A stretch of DNA of 64,000 nt from Marsupella aquatica. Taxonomy: Eukaryota; Plantae; Marchantiophyta. The notes beneath the pieces are model-generated. The model made no database searches. It had not been told where the DNA came from and was given only the letters and a program-made list of their open reading frames with translations. The DNA lies in NCBI GenBank assembly GCA_973895155.1, contig OZ316899.1:9298287-9362286 (forward strand), read 5' to 3'. Both the position numbers and the translations under genes were made by a program. Of the stretch, positions 37,258 through 48,474 are shown piece by piece (the stretch's first letter is position 1; each line of letters begins with the position of its first letter).

Positions 37258-39366
37258 ATGCCGGCCTCTAAGCTCCGGCTGCTCCTCACCTACGGCCCGG
37301 AGCTCGTGGATGGTGCCCCTGTTTTTGTCTCGTGCAACAGTTATCCCTTACCATGGGCTCGAAAAGAGCCTGCTGGCCTCTCCTTTCACAAAGCTGCACT
37401 TCGTAAAACCGGCTACGGCGATGCGGAGGTGGTAATTGATCCATCGGGCCGGGAGAAGAAGCAGAAGATGGGCTCTCCATCCGTGGACTCTTATCACTTC
37501 AAGGGCAAGAAGAAGAACGATACTGATGGAGATCAACAGGATCACTACGCATTGTTAGGTTTGAGCCACCTTCGCTTTCTGGCTACCGAAGAGCAAATCC
37601 GGAAAAGCTATAGAGATGTTGCTCTCAAGCACCATCCTGACAAGCAAGCAATGCTTCTTTTACAGGAAGAAACTTCAGAGTCTAGGGAGGCTATGAAAGA
37701 GGAGATAGATCGGCACTTCAAGTCGATACAGGAAGCCTATGAGGTCTTGATGGACCCGCACAAGCGACGTCTATACGATTCTATCGATGAATTTGATGAC
37801 GAGGTACCTTCGGATTGCTCACCGGAGGATTTCTTCAGAGTATTTGGGCCAGTTTTTTTGAGAAATGGGCGTTGGTCTATGACCCAACCTGTCCCAACTC
37901 TTGGGGTTGGTAGCACTTCTATAGCAGATGTGGATGCGTTCTACGACTTTTGGTGGAGCTTTAAGAGCTGGAGGGAATTTCCTCATGCTGACGAGTTTGA
38001 TCTCGAGCAAGCTGAGAGTCGGGAACATAAGAGATGGATGGAAAGGCAGAATGGAAAGCTTCGTGAGAAGGCGAAGAGGGAGGAGAATGTGAGATTACGT
38101 ATGCTGATAGAGAATGCCTACAAAAGAGACCCTAGAATATTGAAGAGGAAAGAGGAGGCAAAAGCCGAGAAGTTGCGGAAGAAGCAGGAAAGAATTCTAG
38201 CGAAGCAGGAGAAGGAATTGGAGGCTGCAAGATTGTTGGAAGAGGAGAGGTTAAGAAAGTTAGAGGAAGATCGGAAGGTTGCCCTAGAGGCCGCCGCACA
38301 AAAAAAAGCCAGGGAGAAAGACAAAAAGATTTTGAGGAAGGAGAGGCAAAGGTTACGAGCGGGAGCGGCAGCGGTAACCTCTCAGAAAATCTTTCGTGTA
38401 AGTGATGAAGCTGTGGAGAGTCTTTGCACCACTCTGGAAATAGCCGAAATGACCGAATTGTGTCAGAAGCTGGAGGAAATGAAGTGCGTTGAGGATCAGG
38501 CCAAAGTCCTGAGGGGGGTTTTGAAGGGTAGCGAGTATGAGGAATTTTGTTCAGACTTCCCCAGTGATCGCCCTTCAGGCAGGTTTGATGTAGTTGAATT
38601 ACCTATCGACCGTAAAACAGTTCTTGGTCTGGACAGCAAAACAAATTCGGGATCGGGACAACTCAACGAAGTTGTGGCCAATGGCATCAAGCAGATGCCA
38701 AAACCTTCGAGTGGTATGAATGGAGGCGACAAGAAAGAAAAGCCCTGGAACAAAGAGGAAGTGGAGTTGTTGAAGAAAGCAGTGGCCAAATATCCGAAAG
38801 GAACTTCGCAGCGTTGGGAAGTCGTGTCGAACTACATAGGAACCGGGCGAACAGTAGATGAAATTTTACGGGCCATTAAAACTGTTCTTTTGCAGAAACC
38901 TGATTCTTCCAAAGCGTTTGATTCATTTTTATCCAAGAGGAAGCCAGCGAAAGGCATTGCATCTCCGCTTTCAACTCGTGATGACATGCTAGATGTGAGA
39001 GCTGGTTCTGCTTCCATGGTACCTCCTTTTGATTCGACTGGGAAGATTGGTCTATCGTATTGTGATGGGCAGGAATGTGAAATCAGGACGCCAGAAGATT
39101 GCGTAGAGAAAAGAGCGTCATGTTTCCTAGAGCCTCAAGCTAATGTTTCTGTTGATGCAAATGGGAACTCTGCAATTGGAGACCAAGATGTATGGACAGA
39201 AGTGCAGGAGCTTGCTCTGGTGAAGGCTTTGAAGACATTTCCGAAGGATATGATACAAAGATGGGAGAGAATAGCTGCAGCCGTGCCAAGCAAGACAAGA
39301 GCACAATGCTTCAAAAAATTTGCAGAATTGAGAGACAACTTTAGAAGTAAGAGAGGGACCGATTGA
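37258..39366 (+). CDS. ZRF1: Zuotin-related factor / DnaJ subfamily C member 2 (J domain, zuotin domain, two SANT/Myb domains), intronless CDS
   Basis: QQDHYALLGL...KHHPDK J domain, FYDFWWSFKSWREF, AESREHKRWMERQN, WNKEEVELLKKAVAKYPKGTSQRWEVV, WTEVQELALVKALKTFPK...RWERIAAAVP. First ATG at 37258. Probable 5' UTR intron about 36948-37214. Confidence 0.96.
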   Translation: MPASKLRLLLTYGPELVDGAPVFVSCNSYPLPWARKEPAGLSFHKAALRKTGYGDAEVVIDPSGREKKQKMGSPSVDSYHFKGKKKNDTDGDQQDHYALLGLSHLRFLATEEQIRKSYRDVALKHHPDKQAMLLLQEETSESREAMKEEIDRHFKSIQEAYEVLMDPHKRRLYDSIDEFDDEVPSDCSPEDFFRVFGPVFLRNGRWSMTQPVPTLGVGSTSIADVDAFYDFWWSFKSWREFPHADEFDLEQAESREHKRWMERQNGKLREKAKREENVRLRMLIENAYKRDPRILKRKEEAKAEKLRKKQERILAKQEKELEAARLLEEERLRKLEEDRKVALEAAAQKKAREKDKKILRKERQRLRAGAAAVTSQKIFRVSDEAVESLCTTLEIAEMTELCQKLEEMKCVEDQAKVLRGVLKGSEYEEFCSDFPSDRPSGRFDVVELPIDRKTVLGLDSKTNSGSGQLNEVVANGIKQMPKPSSGMNGGDKKEKPWNKEEVELLKKAVAKYPKGTSQRWEVVSNYIGTGRTVDEILRAIKTVLLQKPDSSKAFDSFLSKRKPAKGIASPLSTRDDMLDVRAGSASMVPPFDSTGKIGLSYCDGQECEIRTPEDCVEKRASCFLEPQANVSVDANGNSAIGDQDVWTEVQELALVKALKTFPKDMIQRWERIAAAVPSKTRAQCFKKFAELRDNFRSKRGTD

Positions 39367-39987
39367 AGGTGACATAAACTACGTGGTAGTTCAGAAACAA
39401 TAGGTTATGGTTGTAATGAAGAAAATTACAACCCGTGTTCCTTACGGAGCCTCAGAATGGAGCCCTCGGAGTGAGCTTGAGTTGTCCTGCTCGAGTAGAT
39501 TCCCCCGCCCTCTCCCCCCCCTGCAGATTTGTCCTGTACACCTGGGAACAGTATAGACATCTTAGGTTAATGGAGGAGCTTGAGTTCTTTCAATTTGGAA
39601 ATCTTTTGTGATACCAGCTGGTGTAAGGAGTTCATTTTTTTTCCGCCTTTCTTACTATTGTATTATTCCGACTGCAAGGGTAAGTACCCTGCTGGTGGCT
39701 AGCCTTCTTTCATGGTGTGGGAGTCAGTATCAAAGGGAAGTATGGAAAGCACGTAAATTTTGTGTGAACCCTATTCCCTAAGGCCGTACGTTTTAACCTT
39801 GTCCAATGCCATATTTCATGGAAGCTAGGTATCGGTGATATGTCCAAAAAGAGCTCACCAAGGAGGCTGACATATTCTGTTTATGCGTGATATCTATTGA
39901 CAGAATACTTCTCTAAGCCTTCTGGTATCTGAATGAGAAAATCCAACATGGGCATGCAAGATTTTGTCACTCATTACGAGGTTGCAG

Positions 39988-40437
39988 CAAAGGCTATCTG
40001 AAGTTTGAAACGGTTCGTACAAGCTTCAAGATAATTTTTTGGCCTGATTTAGGGGCCTCTTTTTTGATAGATATGTTTAATAGACCTCCAAATGTAACTT
40101 TTTTACCAAAGGCTATCTGAAATTTGAAATGGTTCTTACAAGCTTCAAGATAATTTTTTGGCGTGATTTAGGGGCCTCCTTTTTGAGAGATATATCTAAT
40201 AGACCTCCAAATGTAATTTTTTTACTTAAAAGATAAAAAGATGCAAACTCTCTCCCATGGGACGAGAGATATATCTAATAGGCCTCCAAATGTAATTTTT
40301 TTACTTAAAAGATAAAAAGATGCAAACTCTCTCCCATGGGACCTCCAGGCCTGTGTACAACAATATTCTTGTAAAATGTTTTACCACACACCTCTGGGCC
40401 TGTGTACAATAATGTTCTTGTAAATGTTTTACCACAC
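39988..40437. repeat. Three adjacent tandem duplications (about 119, 79 and 45 bp units)
   Basis: 39988-40106 / 40107-40225, 40185-40263 / 40264-40342, 40348-40389 / 40397-40437. Confidence 0.85.
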
Positions 40438-41334
40438 TGTTCACTAAGTACCCTGCGGACACCATGGTTGGTTGTGTGTAGTGGGCCAAGAATAACTACG
40501 CAGTGCATGGATAGTTCGAGCGCCATAGCCCCTAGATGCAATGGAGCATAGGAGCACTGTAGCACCATGGCTTCCTAGTTCTTTTGAACACAACATGCTT
40601 TTGTATTCAAACTAAAAATGAATGAGTTTGCAGAGACATCAGAGCATGCAAGTGCCTTTGTGCCCCGTCCTCTCAGCATTTTAGAATACATTGTCACTTT
40701 ACTATTCACGATACAAGGAAATTAATCTGTGGACCCCCATGTTCATCCAAGGAATGTTTGTGTGATTAAGTGAAATCAATTTTCATCAAGGCGGTAACCA
40801 ACGGTTTTGAGTCTCTCAATGGTGTTGGTGTGTGCTTGTACAAAAACAAATGCTCAAAAGATAGAGATTTATCAAACGGAAGGTTGAATGTGGAGGAATT
40901 GAGTTTTCTTATAGGTTTTGCTTACACATTGGAGAAATCATCTTTCAACCATTCTTGATTGATTGTTTGTGAGTTACATTGAGCATTACTGCCACAAGAC
41001 AGACTAGAGCACAACACTCAGCTTGTCGATTTGGTGGGAAGAACACACAAAGCGAACGAGCCGTCACTTCAAACAAAGGATTTGTAGTTATTTTTATTTA
41101 AGAAAGCTATGGTGTGAGGGGAAGACCAACAATTGTTTCTTTGACATAGAGGCTGTATTTGGCGTCAACCTGTGTTCAGAGTGAGCTTTAGTTGAAGACT
41201 ATCTAAGAGATGCGAACAATTCAAGCCGGGAAGCAAGCATTGTGGACAAGCGATGGTGACGTAATCAAAGAAATCAATTTGTAGCGACTAAGTTTGTGAC
41301 GGTGACGAGATTGTGATATCTCTTAATCGAGAAA

Positions 41335-41820
41335 GGGTTTCCAATGAGCCTCAAATTGACAAATTTTGTCAAGTTCCATATGAGTTTTTGAATATCTTTG
41401 CCTTTCCAATGAGTGTTAGTATAAGAAATTTTTATTATGAGTTCATGAATTCTTTTAGCTTTCTAACATTTAGTCTGACATTTACAAATTTTATGTCAAA
41501 TTTTGTCACATTACTCAAGAGATCAGGAGGTTTTCAATCTTTTTAGCTTTCTAATGTGTGACATTGAGATTATTTGTCAAGAAATAGAGAGATCATGAGT
41601 ATCTAAATTTCTCTAGCTTTCCAATGAACCTAACATTGATAGATTTTGTCAAGTACTAAGGAGATGATGAGTTTTTAATTTTACTCTAGCTTTCCAATGA
41701 GTGACATTGAGAGATTTTGTCAAGACATTACTAAAGAGATCACGAGTTTCTAAATCTTGATCTTGAATTTTCCAATGAATCAAACATTGGCAAATTTTAT
41801 CAAGAGTACTAAGGAGATTT
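41335..41820. repeat. Degenerate tandem repeat, about 70 bp x 7
   Basis: Recurring TTTCCAATGA...ACATTG...ATTTTGTCAAG...GAGATCATGAG units. Confidence 0.75.
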
Positions 41821-43479
41821 ATTATTTAGTTTTACAATGTGAAGCCAAATGGGTTTTAATTATGTACATTTCTATCGATTGATTTTTTCAAACTTGCAAA
41901 CAATTAAAAAATACAAGCATTTTGATATAAAACATTGATATATCTTTGACAAACATCAAAATGGTAACTTTGTTTTACTAAATGACATCTCTTCTTTGTA
42001 TTTTGGTTTTTTTTACATTTAATATTTACGGCATGGTGCCCCAAAAATTACGTTGCTTTTGCCACAAACAGGAATGTGCACATTTGTTATTGTTAAAAGT
42101 AGGATCATTCCTGTTTTGTGGCTAGTTGTGATGATGTGGCGCAACCTCATGGCAGAGAATTTGCAAGACACCCCTAATGGGGGTCCGTAAATAATTGATA
42201 ACCGCATTGGAGCGTGCAAGCGTCGTAGCACCCCCAACCTCCCTGCTTTTAGGAAGACATTTTTTGTAGTGTATACAATTTTTAAAGGAAGTTTCAAATG
42301 TGTCCACCCTTTAAGGACCCGTTAGGAACTATTTTGTTCACATTGTGTTTTGGTTTGTTTCTCTACATTCTCTTGCATTTCTCATGTTGCTTGTTCGTGT
42401 TGGTCCTACTCATGTTCTTACCATGTCGACCCTTGAGAAGGAGCGGCCAGATAGCACCATTGGGCCAATCTGACACATGTTTGCAATTTTGCGTCTGATT
42501 TCCCCTGGCCCAGAAAGTTCACTTACCGGGGATGTAGGCATGGGATTGGCGGTTGTTTGGATTGTGGGAAGTCCATTGAAACAGCAGAGCAATGCAACCA
42601 TGACCCACTCCTAGACAGGAACAATTGTCATTTGTATAGGTTCCAAATCTTCATGGTTGATGCGTATGAGAACATTGGGCCATTCAAGGCAAGAATCTTT
42701 CAAGTTGAATGAGAGCTTGTGGAGATGAATAGTGACAAATTTTCTGAGTATGGTACCACTTGCCATCTTGAGAGACCTCATATTCTCTAGTGTGGATTAA
42801 AGCAAGACAACACTATGTTGTTGTAAATAAGCTTGTTGTTGAGCGTAGACAGTGCCCTCCTAGTCATGCCTATGGTGCGATTCTCTCCATTAAACACAAG
42901 GAAAACACCGAGAATAGACCTCTTTGAGTAGGAATCCGATTGTTCTACAATGAATGCCGACCCATTTCTACTATCTAAGGGGCTTAACATGAGTCAAATC
43001 TATAAACAAAGTACTCCCTACAATGTGTATTCGAGCACATGCCCATGTCTCCTTTACTATCTACCCTATTGTCACGATTGCAACTCCCTTTATTTTCAAG
43101 GAGCTGAAACTTGGTGGTGTTGTTCTTGATGGCTATAATCTCCTGCAAAAAGTGTTTGGGATTTTCTCTATACAAACCTGAATAGTCCCATCCTACATAT
43201 GATTTAGCAAGTGAGGTGACAAGTACGTTGTCAACTTTTGCCTCTAGACATAAGCTACATATACGGTGCTTCACGTTCCATGGAATCTCATTGCTATTGA
43301 GGTCCAACACGCTAGCTATGCATAAACTGTGACTTCCAAATTTTTGCTATGTATCTCTTGCTAAGTTGATCATAAGTATCTCATTTTTTGCCTTGTCTCT
43401 CTTGATGTGCAATATAGACCACTTTGGAGAGTTGAAAAGAAGATAACATCAAATATCAGTTGCATGTGATAGTTTCTCA

Positions 43480-44000
43480 AGACATCATGGCCAATCCAAA
43501 AGAAAATTCTCTCCGCGATTGGCATGCGTGTCGGGCACTGGAAATAGTCCGATCATGTCTGGGTTGGAAAAACCCTCTGGTCATCCAAAAGGAGGGTATT
43601 GGTCTCATCATTTAAATTTCCAAATTACTCCATACCACCCAAAAATCCTTTAGTAACACATTTGCCTTTCCGTTTGTAATGTTACGCCTTTGAATACATA
43701 TGCCAAAGGCTTCCAATTGTGTGAATACAAAATTTAGTTTTGATTTCTCCTTTGCAGTGAACATCATACTCAACATTTTGCTGTTTGTGGCACTCGCACA
43801 AGTCCAAATTGCAACGTCAAACCGGTCAAAATCAACTTTAGAAAGTCATGGAGCCTTGACCATTCTGTATAAATGCCACTAATACCATCCCAGTGCACTT
43901 CACTTGGGGTCACAATGTTTCTCAATGTGCCCTTGCTTTGTAATTCAACGGAATCCCAAAGTATTATGTTAAGGTCCAAAATCAGCAACTTCTGCCCGAT
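43480..44000 (-). pseudogene. FCP1/NIF-like HAD-family phosphatase domain, degenerate
   Basis: Manual translation across frameshifts gives QKLLILDLN, LHDFLK, FDRFDVAIWTCAS, VLLKDFWVVWE, ETNTLLLDD and SNPDMIGLFP, in the order of the FCP1-homology domain. Confidence 0.7.
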
Positions 44001-45149
44001 GGGACCAGGTCTCAATTTTGCAAGTGCACCAACACCACTCTTAGAGAAAAAACCAAATTGAACTTTGGACTAGGGTTGTCTCAATCCAAAAATACAAGAC
44101 AGTGGCTAACAACAAAGAAAACCTACATGCCGTTTTTAGAAGCCCCAAAATGCGTAGACAGATATTGAAGCTCTAATTTCTCAGTGCATTCTGTGAGACC
44201 AAGAATTATTTTAGATTGGTATGAAAAAATTGAAAGTTAAACGCCTGGGTGTCATTCCAAAATAAGATATCTGTATTCATCAATAATGTCAGCACCAAGT
44301 TCATGTTGGATTTCAAAATTAACATTGGAAGTACTTTGTTCTACCCAATAAGGTGAAGTCCAAACATGAGTTATCAACCCCAATTCTCCCCTCTTGTACT
44401 CCTTATTTAAAATTGATGGAGCAACATCCAATGATATTTGTTGGCCTCTATTTGGCCCATTTTCCACATGTTATTGTGCATCACATTCAAGCAACCTCCA
44501 TCCAGTTGATCCAACTCTATTCCCTTTCTTTTTTGAGAGTGGAAGGACAACAGGACTTCTTGACTGTGAACAAACGATCACCAATTTGTCATCAAAAGCT
44601 GCAAAGAGTGTGTCAAGACAAGTTAAAGCGCCAGCCTGGTTGTCAGCAGCACTTGCTCTTGGAATGATGGGAATCTCAGATAATTTGACAGTCTTTGCTA
44701 GAGTAAATTATGGTGTTTTGGCTTCATTTGAATCTCCTTACCTTGCTGCGCCTTCATCAACCAGATTGGTTGAAGAAAGATGATTAAATATATCAACTCT
44801 TACTCCTTCCATTTGCTCCATCTCTCCTCTCTACATTTTTGGATTGGGATCATCCTTATCCAAGTTATCATCAACTTGGACTTCATTGGGGAAAGAGGGA
44901 TGTCATCTAGACCAGATGAACATTTTGGTGCAAGTCTAATATCATCATCAACATTGTAAGGCTCACCTTGACCAACATGGTCATCCAAATTCTTGACATA
45001 TGGTTGATGTGTCAGCACCATCTTGCTCAGACTCAAAATCATTGGATTCAACGTCGACAGTTACAGTAGCAATAGTGGTAGCCCATTGTCAAGAACTTTT
45101 GGCAAGCGAATCACAATGCACTTTAATTGAGGGAACTCTCTTGCATTAG

Positions 45150-45900
45150 AATGAAGCAAATGCTTCCACAAAATGCCTCTTAGGCTAAGAGTCACAATAA
45201 ACAAACATATTTGCTTGCACAAAAATGGTATCTTCATGACTTGACCACTAGAGAAAAAATCTAGAACCAAATCACCAGGTTCTGACAAGGATTCAATAAT
45301 CCTTTGGATCATTTGGCATGAGGATCAACCCACCCACTGCAAGCGCCAATCGTCTCAAATTGAGGGGCCATATGCATAATCTTGACCACCTCTTCCGGGT
45401 CCAGCATCACTTGTAGATCATCATTTTTTGTCACCTTGTTTGCTTCCTTAGCCTCTTGATCTTGCAAACTTTGTAATATATCAACATCCTTTGAACTAAC
45501 AGGAATTTTGGCTTTGGATTGTTGGGCTTGGAAACTTCATTCCAATTGATGTTTTCATCTCGATAAATTCCCACAAAGATAACTTCTTTAATTCCCCACC
45601 CCAACATGAGTCATGAGGGTGCGGTTGATCCTCTTGGGAATAATTTCCATACTCAACGTGAATGCTCAAAGTTTTCTCTTGTCCCAGTTTATGAAGGGCC
45701 CAATGGACATACAGTGCAAGTTGTCCAAGATGAACTGTTATTGTCACAACATTTATGGGATTTTGTGGAAGCTCCATAATGTATTGGAATAGAACAAGAA
45801 TCTTTGCTAAAGCCGGATGACATTGACAAAGGCAAGAGGGCATGTTGGAGATGCTTCTTGCACTAACTTTGGATCAATGTTCTTCATCAAATTCTCGCTT
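45150..45900 (-). pseudogene. Degenerate ORF with beta-class N4-C/N6-A DNA methyltransferase-like SAM-binding motif
   Basis: WVDPHAK...IQRIIESLSEPGDLVLDFFSSG parallels HPxxKP...LERII...SxPGDxVLDPFxGSG. No intact DPPY/SPPY motif seen. Confidence 0.55.
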
Positions 45901-46038
45901 AAAAATGTGACCCACAGCAGGGTCTGAGAACGTGTTCCTCCACCAAGTTTCTAGCAATATATATCATCTAGGCAAATCACCAATGCCGTTGGCAAGATTG
46001 CGCTCTCTCGTGTATGATTTGGCTTCAAAAGATTTATC

Positions 46039-46159
46039 GAATATCAATCGGGGTTGATCAGGGGGGATTCCCTCCTTGTCCTCAATTTTTGTCTTCACGT
46101 TATTGATAGTGTCTGAACGTGATGGTCTTTCTCGTGCAAGCCTTCACAAAAATCTACAT
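46039..46159 (-). pseudogene. Ubiquitin fragment
   Basis: [13 protein letters not shown]-[deletion][26 protein letters not shown]. Confidence 0.88.
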
Positions 46160-46162
46160 CCT

Positions 46163-46731
46163 TGTCACACCAAAAGATTAGTCCTGACATGATCTTTGGC
46201 TTCAAATGACACAAACTTCATTAGTATTGAGGGTTTGTGCAAGGAGGGATGTGCTATATCTCTTTATTCTTACAAACTAGCACTAAGAGCGCCCGACTAT
46301 CCATACATACTTACCACAGGTTTACTTTGTGTTCTGCCATCGAAACGTACCTTATGTTGATAGCTCCAATTGACCCCGGCCTAAGGACTTTTAAGCCTTT
46401 GTGTTGTCCGCCTCCGATCTGGATCCAATGATATGGCTTTCAACCCAGGTTCGCAACCTCTATCCACTGCCAAGACCCCATGCACAACTTGCATAATGTG
46501 TTTGGCCAAGCGTTTCTACCCGTACACGGGACTGACAACTGTGACTAAACTTCACAACATACAATCCCAATTTACACAAAGAAAGTGGTGGGGTAAAGAC
46601 TTTACTTATGAATCCGTCATACACATACACATGGTGACTTCACTTCGCCTAAACTAGCAGGCCCAACGGCGATGAGTTGGACACTACAATAGAGCTTGGC
46701 TCCACACTCGCCCGGTGAGATGAGTTGTACA
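46163..46731 (-). repeat. Putative 3' LTR of a decayed minus-strand LTR element (internal remnants to about 52942)
   Basis: TGTCACACC...GTTGTACA followed by TTCACCCCTT (reverse PPT). Decayed coiled-coil ORF at about 47100-47530 and ORF 51977-52594. No partner LTR. Confidence 0.4.
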
Positions 46732-48474
46732 TTCACCCCTTGGTGCTTTCTATCCTCGAAGGCCGAGACTCCCGGCACATCCTACGGATACCCGGTTTTG
46801 AACCTAAAGTCCCCCCCACCTCTATTGGAGGGTGCACTAAATATTGTCTAAGGACCATGGCCTGGACCGGCAAATGATGCCTATTCTAACTTAGGCTACC
46901 TCTATCTGTCACAATACAAAATGGCTCGTCCTATCCTAAGATTCTATGTTGAGTGGGGTCAGCCTGATAAGACAGCGCCGCTAACTAGTTTTGGCGTTTG
47001 TCTCCAACAGCCAACCTTCCTATATAACCCTGACTTTATTCTAAAACTACCCCGTTGCTACTGTCTGGCACGTTTTCCAGAGCCACCCAAGCTGGACCTA
47101 GAACCGGCATCCAGTTGACTCTTCAAACGGTTGGCGTCCTGCTTTAGTAGTTGGACCTGATCCTGGAGGGACTTGTTCTCCCTCTTTACCGCGTCCGTCT
47201 CCTTTGCTGTATCTTGGCACGCCTCTTCCAATTGTTGGGCGTCACTCGTTAGCTAAGCCACCAGTTGGTCTCGCTTTGTGGCCTCTTGTTGAAGCCGCGC
47301 CACCTCCGCTTTAGGGTGTCAACTTCCACTGTATCTCTCTGAGCCCGAGCTTTGACCTCCTCCAGGTCCTTTTGCCAGGTGATAGCTTGTCCTTTCAAGC
47401 TATCAATTTGTGCCCAAAGCTTGCAAGGCTAAGGATGCCTGGGCTTTGGCCTTAGTGATCTGGCCCAGGGCGGTTGCAAGCTGAGGTCAAAGGAGTTGTA
47501 GCTCTGACTATCTCTTGAGCTTTGCGGTAAGTTCAATCATATAAACTATACATGATTAAGCTTTAAAAACACCAAACTTTGTTCCCGGTATGAATAATGA
47601 AAATGATTTATTACGGTGTTATGTGATTTGAAATCCTTAAGTGATTTCTTTGCTGTTTTTAACACACACAAAATAGTAAAACTATTCTTTCAGAAAATAT
47701 TCTAAGTTGAATTCCTTTAGGCTCTCCTTCTGTTCGATAGATAAATTGGTTTTCTCTCCTCTTTAACTTCCTTATACACCTATGGTGATGGGTTTTATGT
47801 TGTAAAAGTCAATACAATTCCCTATTTACTAGATTTCAAAGACTTGCCTGAATCATTCATTCAATCCTATTCTCTGTCTCTAATTGATACATCCAAAATT
47901 TGAATACTTAGAATGGTGCATGAAATGCTTGAATTCAATTTAGATGATGGTGCAATTCTCCTTTATTAGATTCTCTCTCCTAAGCCCAATTTGGCACGAG
48001 AGAAAGACCCACAAATTGGTCAGGAATCAAGTCAGAAGAAAAGACATAAGTATTTTGCTTGGGAGTCCAAATATAGGCTCCCTCATAGCCTGGGAGAAAT
48101 CAAGGGGTTTCCTCCGTAGTCAAGGAACCTATTCCTATCTAAAAGAAACTCAAGACCCTAAGAGATAAGGTAGGGTTAAGGTCTTTACAACTCTAAATCT
48201 AAATCTCTAAGGTGAAAAGTGGTGTCACTCTAAATCTAATCCTACCTACCTAGTTAGAACAAAGCTCAAACAGAAAGATAAACAAGAGGTGAAACGATTT
48301 AAGAGTTAAGTGGCAAAACTCCTAAGAGAATTTGAAGTAGCACGTTTTTAGGACTTCAGAAATTCTCCATGTAGCCCTTGGTGTAAGCTTCCCAACAAGC
48401 TTGAAAACTCGTGACCGATCTGACGTCGGACCAATCCACAATCCTCTGTCAAGGTTATCGTAGAAACTTCAAAA

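Noticed and set aside
41335-41820. CRISPR-like array
   Set aside because: Units are degenerate along their whole length with no unique spacers, there are no cas genes, and the context is eukaryotic.
42300-43450. Mutator/SWIM transposase remnant
   Set aside because: Only a vague resemblance; no DDE or SWIM motif could be identified.
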